DNA from: Monocercomonoides exilis PA203
Taxonomy: Eukaryota > Protista > Preaxostyla
NCBI GenBank assembly: GCA_001643675.2
Contig: LSRY02000062.1
Coordinates: forward strand, 1-64,000
DNA length: 64,000 bases
Reading direction: 5' to 3'
Made by a program: the position numbers and the translations under genes. The notes beneath the pieces are model-generated. The model had not been told where the DNA came from. It did no database searches and saw only the letters and a list, made by a program, of their open reading frames with translations. Below are positions 24,324-39,400 of the stretch, piece by piece. The first letter of the stretch is position 1, and each line of letters opens with the position of its first letter.

Positions 24324-27300
24324 TTAATAATCTATGCCTTGCTGAAGTAATGGAATATCTCCAATATGACCACGCACTTTCTCAACCAAGCCGTTGTATT
24401 TCTGAACCAGCTCTTCCAACAATCCCACCGAAGTTGAAGCTTCGCATAGTTTTATCAATGCTTCACGGCACGTTAAGAAAAACACGTGGAAAGTGGCTTT
24501 AACCAAGTCTTGGTCTGCCTCGTCTGTTTCGTCCTTGTGCTGCTCGAGGAAGCAGTCAAAGATGGCCATTGGACCGGCATTGACCTCGGTGGCGATGGCG
24601 CCTTTGATGGTTGTGAGGAGCGCTTTTTCGTCAAGAGGATTCATCTGGAACTTCATCTGGTCCACTTTGCTTTGCACATCCTGCGAGCACTTCTGGGCAG
24701 GCGAGAACACTTTAATCTCCATTCCACCGCTTTTGATCGGCACACGGCGCGTGCAGAACGGCAGAGGCTGCTCTGTGCGGCAGATCGTCCGGCGGAGGAA
24801 TACTTCGTGCATATGCGGCTCTCTTCTCTTCTTCTGCTCTTTGTCTTCTGGCTTTGGCTTTGTGAACGTGTTATCAAAGAAGAAGTTTGACACATTTGTG
24901 ATTCTGCTAAATCCTGTTCTGCGGTCGTTAACCTCAGTTTCATCAAAGTACGGATCCACTGCAGTCAGGAAGAACGACAAGCCATCGGCAACTTTGTCCA
25001 TCGTCTCGCTGGTCGGCCGCTCAGACAGAACTGTCGGCTGAATGCCAAACCTCTTTTGGTACTTCGCAATAAGTCCGTGCTTAACATCACCAATCTTCTT
25101 GAAGTTATATTCCTTGATGATATACTCATTCCCATTCTCCTTTTCGAACACTTTGCCATAAAGCCCGATGAAGTAGAAGTTGGTTTGCACTCTTCCTTTG
25201 ATGGGTATTTCGATGATGCTCTTCAAAGTCGGTTCTGCTAACTCTGACCATGCTCTCTGCAGATTCGGCAAATCGTTGAGTGCCTGATAAAATGCAACAA
25301 GGATTTTCTTGACTGGAATCACGTATTCATACATGTGCGCACTTGACAACAGCTTCGCTGCTTCTTCCAGCTGATCCACACACTTTTCAATCACAAAGTC
25401 ACGTGAATCACGAATGGCCGATGCAGCATCTGTGTTTCCGACGAAATGAATAAGCTCATCTGCTCTGTAAAGTTTGTAATGAGGAATAATCTCCTTCAGC
25501 AACACGTCCCATGCAACCCACGACGCTCCATATCTTCTCTTTTTGGGAACAATTGGAGCAGCAGGAATGAAGCCTGCTGATGAAGATGAAGAATCTCCAC
25601 TGACAGCTTTTTGCTTTCTAATAACTTCTTCACAGGTCAACACCTGAAGATTGCCTTGTCCATCCAGCTTAGCGAAATCACTACGAATTGGCAGATATTG
25701 AGGATATGTGACAGACTCGCATGAGTCTGGGTTTTCTCTCAAGTCAGCTGTGTAAATATCAAGAATGATAGCACACTTCACCACTTGCGCTACAGCAGCC
25801 TCGTCGAGACAGCTGATAGTCTGCATCAGATCCTTAAGAGTTGTGCAGTTGGTGACACACAACTCAGGCGAATGGCGATATGACTGAACGAGTGAATACC
25901 TCAGATCTGCTGTCAGTTCATTGTCGATGTCCTTCATGTTCTTCACAACGGCGGATTCTTCGAAAATAGTTAGCAGACGACTGCAAATACCGGTGCATTT
26001 GGTGTTGAAATCTGGCGCCTGCTCTGGATCGATGTTGCACAGATTCGACAAGGAATGATATGATTGCTTAATTGCTTCTTCTTCAAAAGTGTTGGCAGAT
26101 GCTAAACGGAACACACACAATGTAAAGATTGACTGAGGACGGGACATTCCAGAAGTCAGCATGTAGTTCATCTTCATGATTGAGTAAAGAGTAAGCACAG
26201 CATTCTCTCTCACCGACTGGAATGACGACTTGCAGCGCTCCATCAATATTTCAGTAAGTTTGTTGAGTGCCTCCTTCTTTTCAACCAAAAGGAATTGCCC
26301 ACCTGTTTTAATCAAAAAGTAGATGAGATTGAAGATTGAGGCAGATGCTTCTTCGGACTGCTTTTCAGCAAACAGCTTCAGCAACAGATTCCAAGTCTCC
26401 TGAAGACTGTGATGCGCCGAGTTGCATGCAAACTTCTGGTAGTTTTCTCGCTCTTTCTCGCAGTTGCTGAGGTTGTAGTTCCAGCGAATCGCAGTCCGCT
26501 CCTTTGGATTCTCTTTGAAGTGCTTTGAGAGAATCTCGAAGGACATCTGGTCGCCCAGAAACATCCCCAGCTGTTCACGATGTGCGTCTTTGAATGCTTT
26601 CTTCGACAGCAGCTTGTTCGAGGTGAAGGCAGAAAATTCGCCAATCGCAGCACAAATTGTCTCAGATACAATGTACATCAAATCCAGTGCTTTGTAGTAA
26701 TTGTCTCCTTCCTGCTCAGCTGCAGCAGTTGTGAGTGGCTGCTCTTTTGCTTCTGCAAGTGCACTTGCGCTCAGCATCTTGCGAACAGCCTCGTCTTTCA
26801 TCCGCCGAGCGTTCATTGTTCCACCCAGCTCGGCTGTGCTTCCGCTGTTGGAGAGTCCTCCCTGTGGAGAATTGGGAGATGGAGGAGTGAAGATCTTTGA
26901 AATGTCTGTGTGTGACGGGAAACTCGAATGAAGAGTACGCATTTGTGATTGAGGGGTGGACAGAGCGCTTGTCGATGGTGATGACGACGACGATGGCTGA
27001 TCCTCATCGGGATTCCCCAAAGAAGTTAAAGGCAAATTCATCGAGGCACGTTTCGAGAAGCGGATGGAGCCTGTTCCACCATAAAGCTTGATTGTGCCAC
27101 CTTGTCTTCCCATTGTCCCCAGCGATGCCAGTGAGAGTGTGTTTCCATCATCAATTCCACCAGATGAATTGCGTGGAAGTGTTCCCATTGCTGACGATGA
27201 TACTGACAAAGAAGATGGAGCACCAGCGTTTCGAGAATGATAGCGCAGTGTAAGATCCTTCTTCTTGTCTCTGAAGTTGACGCGTGCTCTATGCCCTCCA

Positions 27301-30300
27301 GCAACCGTAGCCTGCATCTCCTCCAGCTTCTTCTTCACATTGTCAACATTTTTGGACATCTGCTCAGACGGATTCAGCGACTTCAAGAACTTGGTCACAT
27401 TCTCCACACGGAACAGCTCGACAGCTGCGGCCAGCAGAGAGATGAGTGATGGATATTGCTCGAGCTGCAGATGGGATAAGAAACGATGATAAACAGAAAG
27501 CTTGGAGTTTCTCAGCAGCCACAAGCAGCTCACTACGCAGTCGTATTGCTCAGACAGACGGATTTTGCCCGCTCTGTCAATAAGCTGCTTCTTCTCCATT
27601 GCTGTTTGCATGAATGAATAGTTGATCCAAGATATCGTCATTCTGCATGTCACGCTGTTATACTTCTTATCTGTGTCAATTCTCGTGAGCATCTCCCGAT
27701 AGAGATGGAATGGGCGCAGATCGGCGTTTGCCTCCTCTGCTTTCTTGAATCCGTCCACATCCACAAACTCCATGTCCCCTCCCAAGTCATCGTCCATTCC
27801 ATCACCTCCTTTGTGAATATCTGGCACATCCAGCTCTAGAACTTGCGATGTCTTCAGAGTTGCGCTGCTCCCTTCGCCTCCAGCTGCCCCTGGCCTCAAA
27901 GTGCCTCGCAGCGTTCCTCCTCTCAGCGTCTCAGAGCCACTTGGGCCTCTTCCCCTTTCTTGAACAGGGCTGGCAGAAATAAGCATGTAATCAGCAGGCG
28001 TCTCTCTCTTTTTCTCATCCATGTCGACGATTTGCTGCTGGCACGCAAACAGAGATTTGACAAGAATGTGAGGAAGGAAGTAAACAAATCCTTTCTCCTT
28101 TTTAACTTTCTCAGACACTTTGGATATCAAGCACATGGGCACCCAGTGCTCTGATGAAGTGATGATTGTCCAGAAGTTCAGGATTGCACCAAGAATCTGC
28201 TTTCTCTCAACTTCTGTCTGTGTCTCCGCGTCGGGAGCGTAGTATGTCAAGAACAGCAGAATCAGCTCATTCACCTTTCCTCTGTCTGCCACTGTCCACA
28301 GATGTGTCAGGAAGGTTGCCAATTCGCTCACAAAGAACCTGACTTGTGTGGGCTTAGAGTGCTTCATAAGGACACAATGGAACAATACGAAAGATTTAAG
28401 AACAGAGTAGAATTCGGGTGTGAATGGATCTTCATAGACTTTCTCACTTGGCTCAGTTGATGAAGATGCTGATGCGGATGAAGATGCTGCGCTTCCATGT
28501 TGTGCATCAAACCTTGATTTTGTGATAATCATTGACTTTATCACAGCACCAAAGAAGAACCATCCAAAGTGGATGTGATCGTGGATCTGCGGATGCACCG
28601 TTGGCTGGTTCGACCGCAGCGTTTCCGTTCCTTGCATCATCCGATCAGATGATTTGGAAGGTGGTGCAATAAACGGGAAGATCCAGTTGTTCTCCAGTGT
28701 GTGCTGCCACAGCTCAAAGTCGATGCGCCGCTTTGTCTGGTCCACTTTCGTCATATCCACTTCAGGATACAGAATCAGTGCTGCATTCATCCATGTCTTG
28801 ATCGATCCCAAATAAGGCTTCACCTTCGAGTAGTCCCTCAGCTGCTCGATGCTTACAGCCAGCGGGTCTGCTGATCCGCGCCCAGCGGCATACGCATTCG
28901 ACGAAAGAGGCGAGCCGCGTGAGCCTGTTGAGAGCGTCCTTCCCATCGTGGCACCAGAGAATGTATGTGGCGACGAGGGAGATGGAGTGGGCACAGGAGA
29001 GAACGACTTCTCTGGCACAGGCGAGTTCGGGGTGTGTGCTCGTGCAGCAACACTATCGTGTGGCGAGTCTTCGACTGAAGTTGTTGTGCCATCGGCGAGG
29101 CTCGTAAAGTCGAACTGGTCTGTTTCGTCGTCTTTGTCATTGTCTTTGTCCTTCTTCAGCTCCTTCAGCTTCATTTCAGCCAGTTTCCGCTCTTTCTCCA
29201 GTTGGCTCAGGTCGATTTCCTTCTTTCCGTCATATTCGCTCTTTTCGTAGTCAAACAGTCTCCGCATGACCTGCTTTGCTTTCTTGGTGGCGTTCTCGTC
29301 TTGATCAGCAATCTCAATCTTCTGCTCAAATATGCTCATTCCTTCATCGTCGTCATCATCAAATCCACGTGGCGTGGTTGGCAAATCTCCTCTCATTGCT
29401 TGTGGAGAAGACACATTTGCTGGGAAAGTGGGCAGCATCGCTGCAGAAGCAGAGGAAGAAGAGGAAGAAGAAGACATGAAGCTTCGACTGTCCTTCGACG
29501 CCAGCAGACTCTTCTGCAGCTCGTCCTGCATGATCTTCCACGAGCACTCCATCAGAATGTGTGCCCACGCCTTCATCAGAACCAGATGCAGAGGCTCCTT
29601 CGACACCACCACACGCACAAGAGAATCAGTCGAGTCTCTCGCTGAAAGTGACGCTGACCTTTTGAGTGAGTCGCCTTCTTTGCGCTTTCCTGGCTTTGGC
29701 GGCGGGGCAGGTGCTGACGAAACACCCACACCGATTGGGTCAAGCTTCTCCTCCAAATACTCAGCTGGAATCTCCTGCTTGAATGAAGTGAATCCTGTGG
29801 TGTACTTTACAGTCTTCAGCAGTGACAGCAAGTCTGCCACGACTGAAATACGCTGCAGCTGAGGGAATTTCAGCAGACGGCGGAAGAGAATGTTGGCGAT
29901 GGTGGGGAAGTAAATGACAGCATCCATATCCTTCTTCCCTGTTGTGGACCGCCCTTCCATCCCGCTCGAGTTCTCAGCTGAGCGCGATGTCATCTGCAGA
30001 TAGTCTGAAAGAGAGGAGATGCCTGTGGATGTTCCCTGCGAAGAAGAACCTCCTGCCATGTGAGGCGGAAGAGCATCGCTGCCATAGTTCCGCAGGCTCG
30101 ACAGAATCATCGCCTCATCTTTTTCAGAGTTGGCAAGCAGATCGCGAATACCTGCATTTTGTGGGATAATCGTTGACACAAGCGAAAGAGACACAGAAAA
30201 CAGCGGCTTTCCGTCGCTCAGAAAAGCAACTGGCAAATCCGATGAACCAGAAGAAGCAGAGGCAGAAGTGGAAGAAGTCGCAAGAGGTGAGCTGGAGGAG

Positions 30301-32379
30301 GTTGTCTTGGCACTCGAAAAGAGGCTCATGTATCCTCTTTCGAGTGAAGCTGCCACTTGGAGCTGGACAAACGACTGGCGCAGATGCGACTCGGATGTGA
30401 GTGGCAGCACAGAGTAGCCGATGATGTTCAGAATCTGCCTGTCCTTCTTCTTGTCTTCTTTGACAGCTGCCTGATACGAAATGTGGTAGAACGTGAACAG
30501 AAGATGCGTGCGGTCGGTGAGCTGGAATGGAAGAGCGATTTTGATCTCATCAATGAAATGAGGCTTCCGCTCGTGGTAGGTCATCGACGTGACAATGTGA
30601 TCCACCATACCTGCGCTGTGTGACCCGCCGTAGAGAACAGGCTCTCCGCGCTCGGCAGTCGACTCGTCGGAGTTCTTCAGGCGGATGTCAATGCAAATAT
30701 TTCGCGCTCGCTCGCTCGCAATTTTGCCGGTGAAGTCGACACAGTCGGGATAAACATACAGAAAGTGGTAGAACGAGCGGAATGTTAAGGGCAGTTTTGG
30801 ATTCAAGAACGATTGCACCATTCGAATTGGCTATTGATTGAGTCACACAAAATGATAATATTGAAAAAATTATTTTTATAATAAAACTAATAAAATCATA
30901 CCTCTTTTAATTCAGTCAATTCAGAGTTGAGGGGCTTTTCTTGCTCGTCTGCTGTGTCATCCTGCACAGCCATGCCTTCTTCAGAAAGCTGGGGTGAAAT
31001 GGTGTTTGGAGCTCGAGTGTTCTGAAGGTGCATAACATCCAACGACATGCTGCACGGAATAAGCTTGAACTCGCCAGGCTTCTTCGAGGCAAGGTCAATA
31101 GACTCAATCAGCGTCTTCTCATCGGGTGTCCCGCGATATCGATAGACATTACCGAATTCGAGGCACTTCATCGTGTCCTCCGGCCATTCTCTGTCACGAA
31201 AGATCTGCTTGTTCCATTTCTTGTCTTCCCACACTTTCACAAAGCCAAATGCAAATAGCTGTCGAAATTGGCCAAGCCCTTTTGTGTTTTCATTGTATGC
31301 CTTTTTCACCTTCTCCACATCTCTCGAATTGGCATCTTTTCCTCTCGCTTTTTGAACTTTTTCTGGCGAGTTTAAATAGTCGCTAATTCCTGCATCTGAA
31401 TCTTGTTGACAGACTTTTGAAATGCGAAATACCAAATATGCCTGAGAAACATCATCTTGCAAGTTGATGGTAAACAAAGCTTGTCGAAGTGTTGTTAATG
31501 GATTTATGGTTTCTGGTTCCACAACAGCTCCTCCACTTGTTGCAGCTGAAGGGATACGCGGAGCATTTTGCAATAGTTCAAGCTGAGCTGGCGTATTTAA
31601 ATCCATATGGATATCTTCGCTTAATTTTCTTTTTCCAGCGATGTTGTACAGTGCAAATGTAATAAAGTAGGGTTCAAGATTTGAGACTAAAGTTCCTTCA
31701 AAATCAATTGAGCGTAACCTGATAAACAGAGTATCTTCTACTGACGATGATGCTGTTTGAACGAATCCAGATAAATTCACAACAGGACTTGAAAATTCAG
31801 AATCTGAAAACATTATTCCGCAAAGTTGTCTTCCAGACAGAGAATTTTTTGGAGGCTTTGAAAAATGCGCTTCATCCATAAATTTTTCTTTATCTATTTG
31901 ATTATCTTCTTGTTTCAAAATTTCTGGATCAAGCTCAGCCTCTCCTTTTGGCTGTTCGTAATGACTTTGAGGAATAACAATATCTATTGGCTGGTAATTT
32001 TTGGTTTTAAATTTAACGGACAGCGATTCTTGTGTAAAAAACATTGTTCCCTGTTTGACAACTTCCGGAATTCCTTGAGACGATGACTAAAATTTAAAAA
32101 AAAAAAAAAAAGGGGGAAATAATGAAATGCAAATAAGAAAACTGAACTTTCAATGCAAACTAGCAATTGCTTCGGCAATTTTTTCGATTTTTTATACTCA
32201 ACAATTGGAACAATAGGTTTGAGAGAAATCTTATTATCTGCTGGAGGGTTTAAAAGAAGTTCAGTTTCAAGATTTTCTTGAGCAGATATCAACGAAGAAA
32301 AATGCTCTTTAATGTTTGATACATTATTGCTGTTCGATAAATAAGTAGTGTCACCTAACAAAGGAGGTGTGGAACTCAT
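24324..32379 (-). CDS. DOCK-family Rho GEF, DOCK-C/D (zizimin-like); exons 32379-32161, 32086-30902, 30830-24324
   Basis: DHR-1/C2 motifs FLYVYP, ARNICIDIRL and FIDEIKIALPFQLTDRTHLLFTFYHIS. DHR-2 motifs FYFIGLYG..F...NGNEYIIKE, VDPYFD, F.FDNTFT, LPFCTRR and catalytic-loop EVNAGP. Introns 32087-32160 and 30831-30901 are GT-AG and preserve frame. Confidence 0.93.
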
Positions 32380-33482
32380 CTTTCAAAGAAAACGCCAAAT
32401 TAAGGTCAGATCATTAAGATCCATGTTCAAAAAAATCTGAATAAAAATATATAAGCGAAGCATGTGAAATGAAAAAGTGTATATTGATGTTTGAAAAAAT
32501 TCAAATAATTAGAAAGTTTGTTTCTTTGAAAAGGTTCTGCATTTAAGTTCAATCATGAAAAATCTAATTTTTTCGTTAAACCCGAACAAGAATTTAGAAT
32601 ATAAGAGCGAATATGTTTAAAAAAGCAATGCTTTATCATAAATTTGTTCATACAAAGACGATATTTTTTAAGAGCAGGAAGAAAAACACATAGTGATTTG
32701 TTCAATAAGTTTGATGCTCATAATTATTCAAACTTGAAATTTTAAAATCTTTCAAGTACCAAACTCAATTTTTGTGAGAAGATGGAATTTTTATTTTCCC
32801 TCAAATATAAAATTTTATTTGATTATTGTGCTTGGAAAATGCGAAAATGGATATTTAAGTTTCGAAAGGAACTTATTTCGCGAAATTGCAACCAATGCAA
32901 ATAATAATTGATAAGCATTCAAGAAATGATAGATACGGTTTTATTGATGATTATGGATATCTTGTGTTGGACAAATCACTTTCCTGTCAAAGTCAATGCC
33001 GCATTTTTGACTGAAAATACTTGTGCTTTGTTAAGGATTTTTCGATCATGAGTCAAAAGGCTTGCACCTATTATTTCACAGACAGAAAGAATAAGTCTAG
33101 TGCAATAAACAATGCAGGCTTTCAATGCTTCAATTTTCTTGAAGAAATTTCATAAGTAGACGTGCGCTGCTTGATTTCAAGAATTTGAAAGTTTGTCACA
33201 TTATTGAGCTATGAAAAATAAATCTATTTTCTCTTTACAATGAAAGGGTGGTAAATGATTTTTTATCTTTTGGATTCTTTGAAAAGAAGGCTATTCTGCA
33301 GAAAGCGAATTGAAAGCGAATTGCTATTCCATATTTTTCTTTGCCTTTTGAAGAGCATTCCCCAAACGATCATTCAAATTTTTTTAGAAGATAATCCTCT
33401 GAAATTATATTTTTGAAATCAATTTACATCGTTCATGAACTGCTGATTTTGTGATAAAAGATCAGAGAATGAATCAAGAATA

Positions 33483-36400
33483 ATGGTTTTCATTCTTTTG
33501 AACAGAGAAAAAACAGCAAAGAAAGAACCAATGCTCAAAACAATCATAAATTTGCCAATTTTTCTTTTGATGAAACAGTTTTGCAACTCAGAGGATTCAT
33601 TGGTATCTTGTAAGATAGTATCTCCAGTTGAAGAAATTAGATTCAAATCTTATTCGAGGCAAATCCCAAACGATGCTTGTTTTCAAAAGTGTCAGACTTT
33701 CACGAACTCACCAATTTTCACCAATAAAGATAATTGTAACTGTCCAAAACAACAAATTAATAATTTTATCATTAGTAGTCTTCACATTGAAAATTCAACA
33801 ATTCAAAATAGGAATCTGTATTTTGGAATATATAAATATCGAAGTTGCATTGCTAATCTTATATTATCGAATGCTTCGTTAATATCATGTGGAATATTAT
33901 TGTCTCCAAGCCCCAAAGAATTATTTGATTTACAGAAAAGCAGCATTTTCATTTTGAATTTTAGCTGCTTTTCACCTATTGGCTTCGTTCAATCGTCATT
34001 CTTCTTTTTGAGCGATAATTTGTCTTCTCTTTGCATTAGCGAATCGAATATATGCAATAAGGCAGTTTATGGATGCAATTGTTTGCTTCGAAGTGGATCT
34101 GGCCGATGCGAAGAATTGAATAACTGCGTTTTTAGAAACATTTCCGATGTGTGTAAAGTCAATTCAAATATCTCATTCACATCATGTGTAGAGCAGTGCA
34201 CAATGGAGAGCTGCTCCATTTTCTCTTCGACAAATGCATTGGAGGGACTGATTGTAAGTGGTACGCAATTATCAAACACGTTTATAGCTTTGAATAATAC
34301 ATATAGATGCAACGTTCGTATTGATAACGAATACACTTTAAAAAGTCATATCGACACAAAAGAAAATCAAGATTATATATGTTGTGAATGGATCGAGTGC
34401 AACGCATCTTGTGGAGGAGGAATCTTTATTCACGACAGTCAAGCTGTAAAACTTACTGTGTACAATTGTTCTTTTTCAAAATGCAATGCCACTTTAACAA
34501 GAGGTGGAGGGATTTATGCATCAAATATTGGTTTATGTGATGTTAATTCGACGAAATTTGAAGGATGCTATTGTGTTGCTTCAAATGATGAAGGTGGCGC
34601 GGGTGCTAATTTGGAAGGAATTGAGTCGCAGATATTAGTATCCAATTGTTTATTTGAAAATGGATGGTCAGGAAATGATGGGGGAGGCTTGGATATTTGG
34701 AAATCAAATGCTTCAATTCAAGAAAAATGTATATCATATTGTAAATTCAAAAACTGTTCTTCACATAATCCAGTAAATGGAGTTGGAGGAGGAATCGAAA
34801 ACTGGCATCCAAGTCAAAAAATGATATTGACAGAATGTCTTTTTGAGAATTGTTCATCTATTTGTGGAGGTGGAGGTGCTTCATTATATGTGAATGATAA
34901 TAACAAAGGATTATTATTGTATTTTTGTTTTTTTCACAATAACTCTGCTGTTTGTGGCTGTGATATTATTCTTTATAATTCTTCACAAAATAACATTGAT
35001 TCATCTTGCTTTTCAACAAGAACGACTGCAAACAGGGTTAGTAAAGATTATAAAAAACTTGACGATGTTAGTTATTGGATCAATTGCAATGGTGGCTCTG
35101 AAAGGTATGTTTCATGTCCAAGAGAACAGAATAAGGCAGGAGACACATTTTTTTGTGGTTTGGGTATTGAGCATCCATGCCTCACAATCAGTCATTGCTT
35201 GTCTCAAATGATTGTGGGGTCTGTGGAGGAAATCAAAGTGTTAAGTGGAACAGTTGTGGAAGGCAAAGGAGTTGATATTGGAGAGAAAACAATCACTGTG
35301 AATGGGGCTTCACCAGCTGGCTCATCCATTGAAACAAAATTTGAGGGAAATGGATTGAGCCTGTTTTGTGTTGAAACAGGGGAATTGACTGTGAGCGATC
35401 TATCAGTGGTTTACAACACCTCATATGAAAACAACAGGCGATGCAGACTGTTTGAGGTTGAGGTAAGTGGGTTGATGGATGTGAAGAGAGTGAACATTTC
35501 GATGGATGCAGCTCATTCAGAAGAGAGAAGCATTCAGAACTCACTTGTGAAACTTGAGGGAGGAGAGTTGAAGATGCAAGATGTGAGATGGGGCATAACA
35601 TTCAGCATCACAAGTGTGATATCACTTTCTCAAGGATCATCTGCTTCATTGTCTCTGGATAACTGCATATTCAGCAACATTGTGAAAACAGCAGCTGGAT
35701 CATCGCTGATAAGTGCGAGTGAAGGGTTGCATTCTACAACTCTTGATGGATGCACGATTGATGGCTGTGGAAGTGAAGAATCTGAGTTTGGAGGAGGAAT
35801 GATGATTGAAATGGGGAATGTTGGTTCATTTACGATGAATGGAGGTGTTGTGAAGAACTGTTATGCCTCAGCCACTCAAGGGAGAGGAGGAGGGATTGGG
35901 CTGAAAGTGAAAGACACAAATGCAGATTTTCTGATTTCATCGACATTTGAAGGAAATCGAGCAAAATTTGGGAGCGATATTTTTGTTGATTCGATCGATC
36001 TGGAGTCAACAGCAACAAGTGGGAAAATTGCCTCGTTAACACCCTCATTTGATACAAAGAGCAAGATGCAAGGATATGAAAATGGGGATGAATCGTTTCC
36101 CATTCCGCTGGTAGTGTATTTGTGGAATAACTTTTCTGCGCCAGCGTTTGTTGGAGGAGGATTATTGAGCCATGATTTTTCGAAGTGTGGATTTGAAGAG
36201 TTTCCGTGCTCATCCATTTCGAAGGCAGTGTCAATCCACTTTGAGGGGAAGAAAAAGGATGTTGCTCTTCTTGAGCCATTTGTCTTTGAGGAGGAACTGG
36301 GGTTGACTTCAAATGAATGGAGCATTACATCCAAAGAGAATGAAATGAAATGTGATGTCTCTGATCTGATACAAGGAACGCAAAGTGGATTGATAGAAAT

Positions 36401-39400
36401 CTCAGTCGGTGCGTCGGTATCAGGCATCGTATTTTCATTGAAGAAATCGCTGATCTTTCATGAAAGTGTGTTTGAGTGCCATTCAGGGAAGCTCATTCTG
36501 AATGGATGTGGGATGGAAGGAGGGGCTGAGAGTATTTCTACAGTGTTTGTGAAGGCTGTTGGAGGGGTTGTGGAGGTGATAAAGTTTGGAACAAAGAATA
36601 TGAAAATTGGAGATTCGTCGATATTTGTTGTTGAAGGAAATGGAGAGAGTGTGCCTTTGATGAATATAACTCATAGTGATTTTGGAGAAATCATATTCAA
36701 CGACGGGTGTGTTGTTGAGTACCACGAGGGGGTCATTGAAGAGATGTCGGGATGCACATTTTCATCGATCACTCGTTCGAAGGGAAGTGGAGGATGCATC
36801 AGCATTGTGAACAATGAGGATGATGATGATGATGGAAGAGATATCAAAGTGGATATTAATGACTGCACATTTGAAGGGTGTGCTATTACTGGAAAGGAGG
36901 GAACTGAGATTGGAGGAGGTGCACTCTTTTGTGAGGCATCTTCGAAAACGAATCTGTTGATAAATTTGTGTTCGTTTTATTGTTGCAGAGCACCATATGA
37001 AGAGGGAAGTGTTGGATATGGAGGAGGAATAATGCTGAAGATACTGAAAGAAGAAGAAGCAGGGTTTGTGATATCCTCACCAACTTTTTCATCTGGCAAG
37101 CCAAACAGTGCGAAATATGGGAAGGATCTGTTCATTTCATCTCAATCACTCGCCAAGAGCATCAAGAATGAAACGTTGCCATTTGTGAAAGACAGATTGG
37201 AGGTATTGACCGAAAACTCGATGAGGGGATATGATGGAGAAAACAGAGAGTGTGCAATTCCGCTGATCTATTTCTGGAAATCGATTGGATCGAGTGTATA
37301 TATTGCTGAGGAAGGAAACAATGTGATTGTTTGTGGCCCGTTGGAGTATCCATGCGCTTCTGTTGATTATGGGCTGAAGCGGGGGAGTAACTTGGGGATT
37401 GGGTCAATCACAGTTCAGGGGCTTTGCGATGTGAGGAGTGAAATGAGTGTGATTGGGATGAATGGTTTAAAACTGGAAGGAATAAATATGGAATCAGACA
37501 AAATCAAATTTGTTCAAACACTTGAAGTGAATGGAGATACTGTTGTTGAGTGCAAAGGGATTGTTCAATTCAATGAATTGGGGATTCTGATTCCCAGTGC
37601 CTTTGACAATGGGGCAAACATTCTTATCCAGACAGGTTCAGAGGCAGTCAAAACGAGTATTGTGAGCTGTTCAATTCACATGAGTGACAATGTGATAGGT
37701 GAATTGACATTTGGATTGATAAGTGCTTCGAAAGGAATTGTTTCTATCGAAAAGACAAAGATAGCTGGGTTGATATCAATGCATGAGATTATGAGGATAT
37801 CAGCTGATTGTGTGACAGCAATGAAAAATGTGACATTTGAAGATATTTCTTTGGACGGAAAAAGTGCAATTGCGATGAGTGAAAATACGATTGCTTCAAG
37901 CGAAAAGAATGATGCAGAAGAAGTATGGAATATTCTATTTGAGCAATGCATATTTGCGAATGTGAAGCACAGTGCGACAATCAACCCTTCATCGCTTTGC
38001 TGTGATGTGTCGAATGATGTGAGATTGAAAATGGAGAATTCGACAATTGATGGGTGTGGATCGGCAAGCTCGAATGAAGGAGGAGGAATGTTCTTCCTCC
38101 TCAATGAGAGGGGGAAGCTGGAGATGAACCACACGAATGTGGTAAAATGTTTCTGCTCGAACAACGGGAGAGGCGGAGGGATATTTTTGAAATCACAGAG
38201 TGCCTTACAGAAGGCATTGCCCTTTGTTTTATCGAACATCACATTCAAGGAGAATGTTGCATTGAAAGGGAGGGATGTGTTTGTGAAGTGCACTGACCTT
38301 GGCACTCAGATTTCGGAGTCGCAGTTTCTGATAAATTTTGGGGAGCCGTTTGTGAAGGAGCTGGCAATATGGGGATGCACATCAGACAATTATGGGGATG
38401 AAGAGGATCTGTTGGGAAGAGTGTATGTGTTCAGGAGCGAATTCATATTTGTGTCTTCGATTGTGGGGAACAGCAGCAACAGCAAGAATTGTGGGGAAAT
38501 GAAGAGTGCGTGCTCATCGTTGAATGTTGGGGTGAGCCACGTTATTCCTTCAGATTATTCTCAGTTGTATATCTGGAATGAAACAACACTAACTGGTTCG
38601 TGCTCTGCTCAAAAGGTGACGATCAAGTCGATGGAATCGAATAGGAATGCCGAGATAAAAGTGAATGAAATAGATTTTGCTGATGAAGGAGCTGTGACGA
38701 CATCAGAGTCTGTTCGACTTGAGAAAATTTCATTTGTTTTTGGTGGAATGCAGAATGTTGTCTGCTCGTGCTTAATTCGCCAATTGAATGGATTTCTAAT
38801 TCTAGAATCTGTTTCGTTTCATTCAGAGAGCAGAACAACAGCAAATTCACAGCTCCCTTCTGATGCTTCTCTGATTGTTGTTGAAGATGGGGTATTTGAA
38901 GCAGATGCGTCCAGTGTTTACAGTTTGGGATTCACAAAACCTGTTTTCAATATATTGGGTTCGGAAAGATCATCATTTGACGATCTGAGGGTGGATGATG
39001 TTCAATGCAAGAGTTCGGTGATTAAATGTGGAAAGAGTGAGAAAGTGAGTGTTTCAAGGCTGACAGCCACAAACATCGCTCTTCAAAGTGAAAGCCTGAT
39101 CTTGTTCGAAAACAGCTATTCTTCTATGTTTATTTCATTGGTGTTGTCATCGTTTACAAATGTCAGCCGATTATCATCTGGGTCTTGCATTGTTTGTGCA
39201 ACAAATGGGATGAGTGTATTTGAGATGTGCAACTGCTCTTTTCATGAGTGCACATCAAAGTTGAAAAAGGGGAGCCAAGTTGAGACAGCATCAGTGGAAA
39301 AGATATTGATCGAGTCGTGTGTATTTAAAGGAAGTATAGAAGAAAGAAACGAGAACAATTTGAATCAAGAAGAAGAAATATGCCGATGGAATGGATCTGT

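Noticed and set aside
32400-33480. Possible gene or RNA in the DOCK-receptor intergenic region
   Set aside because: Only short ORFs without motifs; no recognisable tRNA or snRNA structure by eye.
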